Source: an uncultured Clostridium sp. | Lineage (GTDB): Bacteria > Bacillota > Clostridia > TANB77 > CAG-508 | Assembly: GCA_945877035.1 (NCBI GenBank) | Contig: CAMCQH010000001.1 | Span: 64,258-128,257, forward strand | DNA length: 64,000 bases | Reading direction: 5' to 3' | Shown: positions 1 through 8,989 of the stretch, piece by piece | Layout: each line of letters starts with the position of its first letter | How positions within the stretch are numbered: position 1 is the first letter of the stretch | The notes under the pieces: generated by a model | The model's database searches: none | What the model was told of the DNA's origin: nothing | Seen by the model: the letters and a program-made list of their open reading frames with translations, nothing else | Position numbers and translations under genes: made by a program

Positions 1-906
1 AATATAATCTTTATAGTCATTGCAATAAGTATTGCCATAAAACTTATTATATTCTGTATATTTATCTTTATAAGTATTTAGTAAATCAGTAATAAAATCA
101 AATAAAGGTAAAGTTCTATAACCAGAATCACTTTTTGCTCTGTCTTTAAAAATAAATTGTGTAACTCCATCAATTTTTCCACGACCTACAGTATGCCTAA
201 TTGTTAATGTCTTAGCTTTGAAATCAATAGCATTCCATTTAATACCAATAACTTCTTCACGCCTTAATCCATATACACCAGCTATAATTACTGGCAATTC
301 AATAGGTGTAGTTTTTATAATTTCCATTAGTTTTAGTAACTCATCTTGTGTATAATAATCTGCTGTATATTCTTTAGTTTTAATTGATTCCAATTTAGTA
401 GCTGGGTTACTATCAATTATTTCTGTGATAACTGCACTTTTTAAAGCTTTACTAATATTTGCTCTATAATGTTTTACTGTATTTCCAGATAAACCTTCTG
501 CAAATAGTAAGTCAAAAAAGTCTTGAATGTGTTTAGGTTTCAAATCAACTAATTTTATTTTCTTTGCTTTAAAGTATTTGTATAATCTACCCTTAATTAC
601 TTGTTCATAACCTATATAGGTTGTTTGTTCAACTTTTCCTTTTTGTTTTTCTAGCCATTCCAACATATAATCACAAAATAAAATATTTTTATATTTATCA
701 TATATGTTTGGATCTCTTAATTGTATTTTTGATTTTTGTTCATACTCAATTTTAAATTGTTCTAATTTTTCTTCAGCCTTTTTCTTGTTTCCTTTTATAG
801 TATAACCTGTAGGAATCCATTTCGGTTTTCTTTTTCCATAGTCATCATATAAATTTAAAACTGCATAATAAAGACCTTTCTTTTTTTGTAAGCTACCTGT
901 TATCAT
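1..906 (-). CDS. int: Tyrosine-type site-specific integrase, N-terminal ~302 aa; the 3' end runs off the left window edge
   Basis: Not in the ORF track because it is open-ended. Own translation from ATG 906 (RBS GGAG 912-915) gives MITGSLQKKKGLYYAVLNLYDDYGKRKPKWIPTGYTIKGNKKKAEEKLEQF...LSGNTVKHYRANISKAL...AGVYGLRREEVIGIKWNAIDF. This shows a SAM-like N-domain and the first catalytic Arg region of Tn916/phage-type integrases. Confidence 0.8.
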   Translation of the reverse strand, partial: MITGSLQKKKGLYYAVLNLYDDYGKRKPKWIPTGYTIKGNKKKAEEKLEQFKIEYEQKSKIQLRDPNIYDKYKNILFCDYMLEWLEKQKGKVEQTTYIGYEQVIKGRLYKYFKAKKIKLVDLKPKHIQDFFDLLFAEGLSGNTVKHYRANISKALKSAVITEIIDSNPATKLESIKTKEYTADYYTQDELLKLMEIIKTTPIELPVIIAGVYGLRREEVIGIKWNAIDFKAKTLTIRHTVGRGKIDGVTQFIFKDRAKSDSGYRTLPLFDFITDLLNTYKDKYTEYNKFYGNTYCNDYKDYI

Positions 907-987
907 ATTTCTCCTTTCCGTTGTAACAGTTTATATTTAACTTATCATTGATATTTTGTGTATTATACCATGATAATTAAAAAATTC

Positions 988-1197
988 CTACTGTTCTGTC
1001 ATCACATATTTGATAACATTAACTTTAGGGATTTTATATTCTCTGCCAACTTTTTTACTTTTAATTTTCTTTTCTCTTAACATACGATATGCAAGAGTGT
1101 TACTAATACCACCTAACATTTTTCTCATTTGTGTAAGATTTACAATGTCTGGGTAGTCTGTAAACATTAAAGTATAAGTTTCTTTCATATCAGCCAT
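988..1197 (-). CDS. xis: Excisionase-type (MerR/Xis-like) HTH DNA-binding protein, 69 aa
   Basis: Start moved to ATG 1197 (MADMKETYTLMF...), preceded by RBS GGAGGTG (1204-1210). The motif ...LTQMRKMLGGISNTLAYRMLREKKIKSKKVGREYKIPK is typical of HTH_17 excisionases. It lies directly upstream of int. Confidence 0.7.
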   Translation of the reverse strand: MADMKETYTLMFTDYPDIVNLTQMRKMLGGISNTLAYRMLREKKIKSKKVGREYKIPKVNVIKYVMTEQ

Positions 1198-1248
1198 ATC
1201 TAGCACCTCCTTTAAAATAAAAAAAGTCCTATTCATCAATAGAACCAA

Positions 1249-1722
1249 TTAAATACTATAACAATATTTTTTCTTATATTTCTGTGTTGGAATTTTAATA
1301 TTCATATTTATTGATTTAGGAATATCTGATCCAACTTTTAGTTTTCTATCTATAACTAAATTACCTTTACTATTTCTATGATAAGCACTTGAATTCCATT
1401 TTCTATATACTAAATCACTCATTTCAGAAGAATAAGATAATTCTTTACTTGCTTCAATATGTTGCTGTTTAACAAATTCATATAATTGCTTATCAGCTTC
1501 ACTTTGTCTTTTGTTTCTAATCCATTCTCTTTTTGCAATTTTACGATTTTCTCTACTTATTTGAGCTCTATATTCTTTTTCCTGAATATATCTTGTATCG
1601 CTTTTGATTATCTTTGTTATATAAGATGGATTAACATTTAATTCTTTTGCAATATTAGTTGGTTTATCATGTTCATTATAATACTTATCTAGTATATAGT
1701 TCTTGTTATCTATAGTAATCAC
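1249..1722 (-). CDS. HTH DNA-binding protein of the element (regulator)
   Basis: 157 aa. N-terminal KPTNIAKELNVNPSYITKIIK is an HTH; the central part is basic and coiled. Same operon as xis and int. Confidence 0.5.
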   Translation of the reverse strand: MITIDNKNYILDKYYNEHDKPTNIAKELNVNPSYITKIIKSDTRYIQEKEYRAQISRENRKIAKREWIRNKRQSEADKQLYEFVKQQHIEASKELSYSSEMSDLVYRKWNSSAYHRNSKGNLVIDRKLKVGSDIPKSINMNIKIPTQKYKKKYCYSI

Positions 1723-1917
1723 AACCTTTCAAACAATTTGGTAAAATTTCTGTCTACATATTTTTTATATAGTTGTAGCTATTGACATTTTATATTAATT
1801 ATTGTAATATATTATTATATTTCAATTATTAACATTTTATATCATTATAAAGTAATAATTGTAATATGTCAATATATTACTCAAAACTTTTTGAAAAAAT
1901 TTAAGGAGATGTAAGTT

Positions 1918-2832
1918 ATGGAATTTAATTTTAAAAGTAGTAGTCCATATTCATATATGAAATATGGTGGTTATCAAGGAAAATTTAAAGGGACAGAATA
2001 TTATCTTGTGCCAAATCCTGAAGCAACTATAAATATTAGAGATGTATATGACATATTCAGTAAAATTGATAGCGCTCTTGTTGATTTATTAAATATGGGA
2101 AAAGTGTGTTCAGATTTAGATAATGATGCAACTAAATTCACATTTGCTACTACATTTGCAGAAAGATATGGATTATTAGGTTTTATGGTTGAAGCACCAA
2201 CTAGCACAGACTTTCTATTAAATAATGAAATAACATTGAAAGAAAATAATTTTATTAGCAAAAATCGTACTATTAAGGCAAAAGATTATTTTGAATTATT
2301 TTTCCCATTTGCAACTAACGATGAAATGAGTTATACAGTAACAAATGGTAAGGTTAAAATAGAAACAAATTCAGACCTACAAAAAATGTTAAGTCGTTCA
2401 TCACTTGAAAATCAGTTAATTTATTCTAGTTTTTATTGTGAAAAAATTGACTGGATTGTAGACTATGCAAAAAAGATGTATAACATATTTAAAAAAGCAA
2501 TAGATTTAAAAAATGAGAATATATATGATTTTGATGAATATGTAGCAAAAGAAACTATAAATAACTATTATTTTTCCGGAATACCATTTAGAATTAATAC
2601 ATATGGGAATACCCCTGAAATAGCGTGGCAACCAAATTCATTAAAGCAAGCTTTAGATATGGCTTTCGGTTTTATGCTTTGCAGTGAACAAAATCCAATA
2701 AAAATTTGTAAGCATTGTGGTAAAATATTTTATGCTAAAAATCCAAAAGCTGAATATGATAGTAGTCAATGTAGAAATCAAGCAAATGTATATAAAAGTA
2801 GAAATAAAAATAAGGCAGATCAAGATAATTAA
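1918..2832 (+). CDS. Hypothetical protein with a C-terminal CGNR-like zinc ribbon
   Basis: 304 aa, RBS AAGGAG upstream. C-terminus is CKHCGKIFYAKNPKAEYDSSQCRNQANVYKSRNK (CxxC ... C-R-N-Q). No other recognisable domain. Confidence 0.5.
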   Translation: MEFNFKSSSPYSYMKYGGYQGKFKGTEYYLVPNPEATINIRDVYDIFSKIDSALVDLLNMGKVCSDLDNDATKFTFATTFAERYGLLGFMVEAPTSTDFLLNNEITLKENNFISKNRTIKAKDYFELFFPFATNDEMSYTVTNGKVKIETNSDLQKMLSRSSLENQLIYSSFYCEKIDWIVDYAKKMYNIFKKAIDLKNENIYDFDEYVAKETINNYYFSGIPFRINTYGNTPEIAWQPNSLKQALDMAFGFMLCSEQNPIKICKHCGKIFYAKNPKAEYDSSQCRNQANVYKSRNKNKADQDN

Positions 2833-2929
2833 TTATATAAATTACCAAAAAACATTGTTTTTGAAGTAAAAATAAAGTATAATAAATCCATCCTTTTCAA
2901 AGGAAATCTTTGTGAAAGGAGGAACACTC

Positions 2930-3061
2930 ATGAATAACGCAGATTTAGTATGGCATTTGGTGGAATTACTATTACAAAAAGAAAAAGACTTAAATCAAGT
3001 AGCTCTTGACCAAGCCAAAAACGACAACAAACCAAATGACCAAAAACAAGATGAGGTTTAG
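2930..3061 (+). CDS. Small ORF, 43 aa, hypothetical
   Basis: Below the ORF-track cutoff. Strong RBS GAAAGGAGG 5 nt upstream of ATG 2930. Sequence MNNADLVWHLVELLLQKEKDLNQVALDQAKNDNKPNDQKQDEV. Followed by a clean terminator. Confidence 0.5.
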   Translation: MNNADLVWHLVELLLQKEKDLNQVALDQAKNDNKPNDQKQDEV

Positions 3062-3069
3062 CTAACCGA

Positions 3070-3116
3070 AAAAAGATAATGTAGCACTACCGTTTTAGCT
3101 ACATTATCTTTTTTTA
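3070..3116 (+). terminator. Rho-independent terminator
   Basis: 13-bp stem aagataatgtagc / gctacattatctt followed by a T-run. Confidence 0.75.
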
Positions 3117-3125
3117 TAAAAATGA

Positions 3126-3158
3126 AAAAACTAAATGCTACCGCACATTTAGTTTTTT
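3126..3158. terminator. Bidirectional-type hairpin terminator
   Basis: aaaaactaaatg-ctaccgca-catttagttttt with an A-run before and a T-run after. Lies downstream of the XRE gene on the minus strand. Confidence 0.5.
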
Positions 3159-3260
3159 CTAACACTCATAAATAATTTTTTTAACTTAAGTTAAATATAG
3201 TATACTATATTTTTTATTATATGTCAAACGATTTTCAAAAATTCATTTTAAACCCAATTT

Positions 3261-3518
3261 TTAGAATTTTTTTCTGATATCTTTTAATAAATCATTAACA
3301 TCTATTCCTAGAACATAAGCAATACCAAATAATTCATAATCTTTTACAGTTCTTTTATTATTTTCAATATCATATAAACTTTGCTTATGAATACTAATTC
3401 CCATTAATTCTAATTTTGCAGAAAGTTTTTCATAAGATAAATCTTTCTTAATTCTATATTCTTTTAGTAATCTTCCTATTACATTCATATTTCCATCAAA
3501 TCTTGCTATCAATGACAT
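3261..3518 (-). CDS. XRE-family HTH transcriptional repressor
   Basis: IGRLLKEYRIKKDLSYEKLSAKLELMGISIHKQSLYDIENNKRTVKDYELFGIAYVLGIDVNDLL is a canonical Cro/C1 HTH. Start is ATG 3518 or 3536 (uncertain). Confidence 0.8.
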   Translation of the reverse strand: MSLIARFDGNMNVIGRLLKEYRIKKDLSYEKLSAKLELMGISIHKQSLYDIENNKRTVKDYELFGIAYVLGIDVNDLLKDIRKKF

Positions 3519-3638
3519 ATTTATTCCCACTTTCATTTTTATATGTATTGATTTTAATATTTTTCTGTGTTATATTTATAAGTGTTAACACTTTATTATA
3601 TTTTATACTTAATTACATTGAAAAAGGAGAAGTACAAG

Positions 3639-3857
3639 ATGGAGCAATTAAATAAAGAATTTTGTGTGCCATACTATATATTTGAAGAAATTGTAGACTA
3701 TGTTGAACTGACTGCAAAAGGCTATTCTAAATGTATGAAATGGGAGAATATAAAATCATTATTGAAATTAGCAGTTGTAAATAATAACTTAACAAAAGAA
3801 CAAGCACAATTTTTAGAAAAAGAATTTAACAGAGAAGAAATATTACAAAAATATTAA
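3639..3857 (+). CDS. Hypothetical 72-aa protein divergent from the XRE repressor
   Basis: Start moved to ATG 3639 (MEQLNKEF...) behind RBS AAAAAGGAGAAG. The divergent arrangement resembles a cro/cI-like switch. Confidence 0.5.
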   Translation: MEQLNKEFCVPYYIFEEIVDYVELTAKGYSKCMKWENIKSLLKLAVVNNNLTKEQAQFLEKEFNREEILQKY

Positions 3858-3965
3858 ATTTTTATGACAAATGCAATATTCGTTGTAAAAAATAAAATAT
3901 TGTGATATAAATTACATAAAAATACGCAATAAATGAACAGTATTTAAAGCAAAGGAGAAATAAAT

Positions 3966-5127
3966 ATGGGTAGATATGCTTATCATGGACAAGAAATCTT
4001 AAAAAGAGATGGCAAATTAGTTGGATTTAATGCAGGATATGGTTTTTATGCTGAACACGAATCTGGTTATACAGGTACAGAACAAATGAAACCTAAAAAA
4101 ATTATAGATAAAAATAAAAATCATCCGTTTAATGGAGAAATTGTTGAAAATCCTCAAGCTATTAATTTAATGGAATTTAGTGATGGAAAAGTTTGGTTAA
4201 CAAATGATGAATGGAATTATGCAAGTTTAATGAGAAAAACCGAAGAAGAAAGACATGAAATTATGGATAGATATATCAATAATGATGATAGAAAACGCAA
4301 TGAAGAATTTATGTCAAAACTTGGTGCTAATGTAGATTCTCCTGAAATAGTTGCTTTATGGTATGCAGGTTTCAATGGTGGAGGAAATTTTGATTTAATA
4401 TCTACAAATGAACAAAGCAGTGAATTGATAAAAACATTGTATGCTGAAATGCAAAAAGGAAATGTTGCAATTTCAAGTGATTATAGTTTTATGTTTAAAG
4501 ACAGAGGACTATCATTTGTATTATTAGACCAATTAACTCAAGAAGACCTTATGAATAAACAATTAGTGGATCATCGTGATGAAATGGCAAGACAATTTCA
4601 AAAAGAATATACAGAATATTTACAAAAAGAAGGATTGCATGGAGAAAGTTGTATACTTGAAGGAAGTAAATATCCAGCAGAATTTTGGAATGTTCAAATT
4701 AGTGATTTAGAAACTAACCTTAAACGGAGAAATAGTACCTAAATTTTATTTAGAAATTCTAGATACTTCAAAAGGAAGAGAAGATTTAGATGCTCTTTGT
4801 ATGCACAAACTATGTCGCTTGAAAGGTGATGAAATTAAGGCTTTAGTACCAGTTGTTCAATCACAAGAATATGCGGAATATGCTAAAAGTCATAGTCAAG
4901 AAGATGTTGAAACATATTTATTAGAAGAATTAGGATTATATCGCCATAGACAAGAAATAGAAGATTTACGATATTTAGCTGATAAAGAAGCTTTAGAGCA
5001 AATTGCATCAGAACAAAGAACAGAAACAGTAGAGAAAAGTTCTTCATCATTAAGAGATAAAATAGGAAAATGGTTACACCCTGATAGAGAAAATGACAAA
5101 GATAAATCAGAAGAAAAAGGAGAATAG
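3966..5127 (+). CDS. Hypothetical element protein, 386 aa if ORFs 3966-4742 and 4801-5127 are joined by a +1 shift at CGG 4725
   Basis: Reading aaa-C-gga at 4722-4728 in +1 gives ...DLETNLK-G-EIVPKFYLEILDTSKGREDLDALCMHKLCRLKGDEIK..., which runs without a stop into the second ORF. RBS AAAGGAGAAA lies before 3966. Confidence 0.5.
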
Positions 5128-5128
5128 T

Positions 5129-5578
5129 ATGGAAAATATAGAATATTCAAATTCGCTTTATCAAATAAATGAAATATTAAAATATATGGAACCAAACTTG
5201 AAAGCTAGAATACCAAAGAAATTTATTAGTTATTTTGAAAATAATAAATCACAAGAATATAATTGGACTATTGATAAATCGCTACCATTAGAAAAACAAG
5301 ACTTATTACCAACTACAAAAGAAATTTTGACAGTATTATATAAAGATTTTATATGTGATGATGTGGAAAGAGTTAAATTAGAAAAAACATTGAGCAATAA
5401 TGAGATAAAATACCAAGAAGAATTAAGAGAAAAATATAATCCTGACAATATATTTAAAGATAGACAAAAAACTACTGAATATGTTGAAACACAAAAAGAA
5501 AATACAGAAATGGCTACTTACAAAGAATCATTCTTTAGTAAAATTATTAGTAAAATTAAATTGATTTTTCATAAATAA
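5129..5578 (+). CDS. Hypothetical protein, 149 aa
   Basis: ATG 5129 (MENIEYSN...) behind RBS AAAAAGGAGAA. It starts immediately after the preceding gene's stop (5125-5127). Confidence 0.5.
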   Translation: MENIEYSNSLYQINEILKYMEPNLKARIPKKFISYFENNKSQEYNWTIDKSLPLEKQDLLPTTKEILTVLYKDFICDDVERVKLEKTLSNNEIKYQEELREKYNPDNIFKDRQKTTEYVETQKENTEMATYKESFFSKIISKIKLIFHK

Positions 5579-5602
5579 TACAATGAATTTTAGGAGAAGA
5601 AT

Positions 5603-6260
5603 ATGATACTAGCAATAACTCGGAAGATATGGATTATCCGAAAAAAACTCTGAAAAATATTATATAGATAAAGAATTTAAAGATATATTTGAAAAACTTA
5701 ATGTATTATTATTTCCAGTTATGTCATTAACTAATTTAGAAGAAGTTGTGAATATTTGTGATGGATTAGTTGTTATAGGAAGTGCAATAGATATAAATCC
5801 TAAAAATTATGATGAACAACCTATCTCTGAAATACACAAGATGACAGAAGAAATTGATACATTAGATTTTGCAATAATAAAAGCATTTAACAATGTGAAT
5901 AAACCTATATTAGGTATTTGTAGAGGAATACAAGCTATAAATGTTTGCTTTGGTGGAAGTTTATATCAAGATATTCCATACCATAAATTACCTAAAGAAG
6001 AAAGACATAATGTACAATTTGAAAAAGCATCTTTTTTATATAATTGTTATAATACAGAACAAATGCTAATAAACTCATTACATCATCAAGCAATAAAAGA
6101 TGTAGCAAAGGGTTTCAAAGTAGTTGCAAAAAGTGAAGATGGAATTGTGGAAGCCATTGAAAATAAAAATATAATTGCAGTTCAATGGCATCCTGAATAT
6201 ATGAATGATATAAAATTCTTTGAATATTTTATTAACAAAATATGTAATAAAGACCATTAA
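5603..6260 (+). CDS. Class I glutamine amidotransferase / peptidase C26 (gamma-glutamyl hydrolase-like), needs +1 at CGG 5621
   Basis: GICRGIQAINVCFGGSLYQDIPYH and VQWHPEY are the catalytic Cys and His motifs. The N-terminus MILAIT is in another frame; skipping C5621 gives MILAIT-G-RYGLSEKNSEKYYIDKEF..., 218 aa, normal for the family. Confidence 0.7.
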
Positions 6261-6293
6261 TAAAATGGTCTTTATTAGTAGATAAAATTCCTA

Positions 6294-7541
6294 TTATATC
6301 TCTAAATCCCATTCTTTTTCTCTTTCTTCGTGTTTAAGTTGTTTTTCTGGATTAATAAAAGTGTGAGTTTCATCTTCGAATTTTTTTACTAATTCTTTTG
6401 ATTCTCCAATACCAAATTTGTGACAAATCCAAACTATAAATTTATCAACTGTTTCATAAAATTTATCAATAATTTTGTGTAAATGGTTATTTTCTTTTTC
6501 CAATGACCTAATTTTATTTTTGTATTTATATTCAATATCAAATTCTTTATTTTTAAATTCATCCTCTAAATCTCTTTTTCTATTATTAAATTCCATATCA
6601 AGAGAATTATTCTTTTTCTTATATTCATGTTCTAAATGTTCTACAGTATTGTGTAATTCTTTATTATCAGCAAGTATTTTATCTCTTTCCTTTTGGTATT
6701 TTTCAGCCTCATTAATAACTTTAGACTGTTTAGATAATTCCTTATGCAATGAAAGATTATCTTTGTATAATTCTTTAATTAACTCATCTTTAGGTTTTAT
6801 AATTTCTTCTAGTATTTTTTCATCTCTTTTTAATGAAAATTTACTAATATCGGTTATCTCAGGAACATCTGGTAATTCTAATTTTATTTCATTCAAAACC
6901 TTTTTAGTATTTTCATAATTAGTAATTTGTTTATATTCTTCAACAGTATAATGTTTTCTGTGAGTATCTTCTACAAACATACCTCTTTCTAAATCAAAGC
7001 CTTTTGACTTCACATGATTAAAATATGCATCTTGTAGTTTTCTATAACTATCTCGACCTTTCCAAAAATCTCTTGCACAAATTTTATCAATATTATTACC
7101 TGCTTTATCTTTTGTGTGAACAACAGGAACAAGCATTAAGTGCATATGTGGTGCTCCTTCATCTAAATGTACAACTGCTGATATTATATTCTTTTCTCCT
7201 AGATTTTTATAATTACATATAAATTTATAACATTCATCAAAATATCGTTTTGTTTCTTTTTCTCCAATTTTATCAAAAAAGGCTTGGTCAGAAGTAAACA
7301 TCATTTGACACATTATTATGCTGTTACTACGAAGATGTCCTTGTACATTATTTTCTTTCAAATACTTATCAAATTCTTTTGTATATGTTAGTTCGTTTTT
7401 CTTGATATAATAATTCAAATGTGTTCTTGTTGGATCAATATCTTTATTAGTATGATTTTTTGCTTTTCTATCATTGTGAGTTCCTTTTCCATTTATTTCT
7501 GCTCGTGTTAATTTTTCATTTCTTACAATAGCATAACTCAT
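6294..7541 (-). CDS. mob: MobV-family relaxase (Mob/Pre plasmid recombination enzyme)
   Basis: Starts MSYAIVRNEKLT... at ATG 7541 behind RBS GAAGGAGGTG (7551-7560). Has the HxDExxPHxH motif VVHLDEGAPHMHLMLVPV and a long coiled-coil C-terminus. The N-terminal extension in the ORF track is rejected. Confidence 0.85.
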   Translation of the reverse strand: MSYAIVRNEKLTRAEINGKGTHNDRKAKNHTNKDIDPTRTHLNYYIKKNELTYTKEFDKYLKENNVQGHLRSNSIIMCQMMFTSDQAFFDKIGEKETKRYFDECYKFICNYKNLGEKNIISAVVHLDEGAPHMHLMLVPVVHTKDKAGNNIDKICARDFWKGRDSYRKLQDAYFNHVKSKGFDLERGMFVEDTHRKHYTVEEYKQITNYENTKKVLNEIKLELPDVPEITDISKFSLKRDEKILEEIIKPKDELIKELYKDNLSLHKELSKQSKVINEAEKYQKERDKILADNKELHNTVEHLEHEYKKKNNSLDMEFNNRKRDLEDEFKNKEFDIEYKYKNKIRSLEKENNHLHKIIDKFYETVDKFIVWICHKFGIGESKELVKKFEDETHTFINPEKQLKHEEREKEWDLEI

Positions 7542-7582
7542 ATCTCCATGCACCTCCTTCTTTACTCGAGATATTGTTTCAA

Positions 7583-7612
7583 TGTCTAACACACTAGACA
7601 AACAAGTTTGTC
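7583..7612 (-). other. Candidate oriT (overlapping hairpins with GTGTGTT in a loop)
   Basis: The minus strand reads GACAAACttGTTTGTCTAGTGTGTTAGACA. It combines IR tgtcta/tagaca with loop GTGTGT and IR gacaaac/gtttgtc, 40-70 nt upstream of mob. It resembles the pMV158-type nick region as I recall it. Confidence 0.5.
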
Positions 7613-7646
7613 CCGTATGGCAGGGTTTATTCAACCCCACACCCCA

Positions 7647-7770
7647 AACCTAAAAATTGCTACTTGCATTTTTAGGTTTTTTCATAAAAATTTGCTTGTT
7701 GCAATTTTTATGAATGTGAGCAAAAAAAATATTTTTTTACTCACACCAAAAAGCAAAAATGCTTTTTGGT
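7647..7770. repeat. Four back-to-back A-run/T-run hairpins
   Basis: The four hairpins are aaacctaaaaat...atttttaggttt (7647-7679), ttcataaaaatt..aatttttatgaa (7681-7714), gtgagcaaaaaaaat/atttttttactcac (7716-7744) and accaaaaagc..gctttttggt (7745-7770). Confidence 0.7.
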
Positions 7771-8170
7771 ATTCACTTTAGCAATTCAAAGAAGAAACCA
7801 GAGGGAGAGAGCTAAAGTGAATTAGGTGTAATAATCCCATTATGAAAAATAGAATTATTACACCTATATAAGCTGAAACCGTCGGTCGTTCGCCTCGTTT
7901 CATAGGTAGTCTAGTAAGTAGTAATATTACTACTATAATTGCTGATACATTTAAGTATCTTTGTTCATACTTGCCCAAACTTTTTACAATTACAAATCCA
8001 TATCAAATATGCCACCGAATACTCTTTTATTATTGTGAGTCTGTGTTCTAAAATCTCACTCACGCACTTTGTATAATTAGACTGCTTATACAAATACGAA
8101 TGAACTTTATAGCATCGGCTCATCACACCAAACACTTTTTAAGAGGTGTTGCATTTCTCTTTGCACGACA

Positions 8171-8207
8171 AAAAAGCCCGTTTGTAGATTTCTATTCTAC
8201 AAACGGA
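8171..8207 (-). terminator. Rho-independent terminator of gene 8258-8989
   Basis: Stem ccgtttgtaga / tctacaaacgg. On the minus strand it is followed by TTTTTTG. Confidence 0.75.
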
Positions 8208-8257
8208 CTTTATCTATATAAATATTAAATTAACTTTTATCTCAAAAGTAATATTAA

Positions 8258-8989
8258 TTACTTTTCTTGAAGTTTTTTAGCTATATTAGGACAGAATTTA
8301 ACTATTATTTTTCCAATTGGAATCATTACTAAATATTTAAATAAAACTTTTAATATTCCTATTATTGGTGAGACTATACTGTAATAAAGTTTTTTTAGAA
8401 AAATAAATTTAGTTCTATCTAGCATAAATAATTCAAATTTAATCATAAATATTTTATATCTATCTTTCATCCATTTTTGTTTAGCAATAGGATTGTATGA
8501 CATTTCATTTACAAAAAAAGCTATTGAATCATATCCAGTATTTCCTTCAAAAATATTTAATCCGACTTCTTTTCTAATTTGATTTAGCATATCATTTATC
8601 AAGTATAAAGTTAAATTCTCTTCATAATATTTACATTGTTTCACTAAAGGCGACTGGAAATTTCTAAAGAAGATATATTTTTTATATAGTTTTTTTGATC
8701 CATATAATAATAGAGAAGATCCCATATCGAACCATTCTTCTGCTACTTTTGGTGTCATTTTTATTTCTTTATTATTAGTTTGAAATTTTGCAGTGAAAGT
8801 TTGTAAAGTCTTTATAAACTTAATATAATTTTCTTTTCTTAATTCATGCTTTTTTAACTTTAGTTCATTTTGTTTTCCTAGAACATAAATTATAAATGTA
8901 ACAAAAATTGATATTAATGCTATTTGTTCAGTTGATAAATTTTTAATATAATTAATTATTCTTTCTATTAGTTCAATCAAAGAATCCAT
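8258..8989 (-). CDS. Hypothetical membrane protein (N- and C-terminal TM segments)
   Basis: 243-aa ORF with its own terminator. No recognisable domain. Last gene before the core genome. Confidence 0.5.
   Translation of the reverse strand: MDSLIELIERIINYIKNLSTEQIALISIFVTFIIYVLGKQNELKLKKHELRKENYIKFIKTLQTFTAKFQTNNKEIKMTPKVAEEWFDMGSSLLLYGSKKLYKKYIFFRNFQSPLVKQCKYYEENLTLYLINDMLNQIRKEVGLNIFEGNTGYDSIAFFVNEMSYNPIAKQKWMKDRYKIFMIKFELFMLDRTKFIFLKKLYYSIVSPIIGILKVLFKYLVMIPIGKIIVKFCPNIAKKLQEK

Larger units (their letters stand above)
1..8989. mobile_element. Integrative mobilizable element (IME), minimum extent. The left end lies beyond the window and the right end is unresolved between 8990 and about 9317
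   Basis: Contiguous block of integrase, Xis-like HTH, HTH regulator, XRE repressor with a divergent small gene, unknown cargo, and a MobV relaxase with an oriT-like hairpin. Core housekeeping genes start at carD (9318). Confidence 0.7.

Noticed and set aside
6294-7640. N-terminal extensions given by the ORF track. Examples: mob from 7640, pheT from 16697, pgsA from 29784, tkt from 36496, rnhA from 56559, infC from 51793, Rpn from 19606, Xis from 1248.
   Set aside because: In each case an internal start with a strong RBS matches the conserved family N-terminus. The extension runs through repeats or leader sequence.
7778-7978. 66-aa ORF in the non-coding region next to mob.
   Set aside because: It starts at a TTG without an RBS and lies in a hairpin-rich non-coding stretch, so there is no support for it as a gene.
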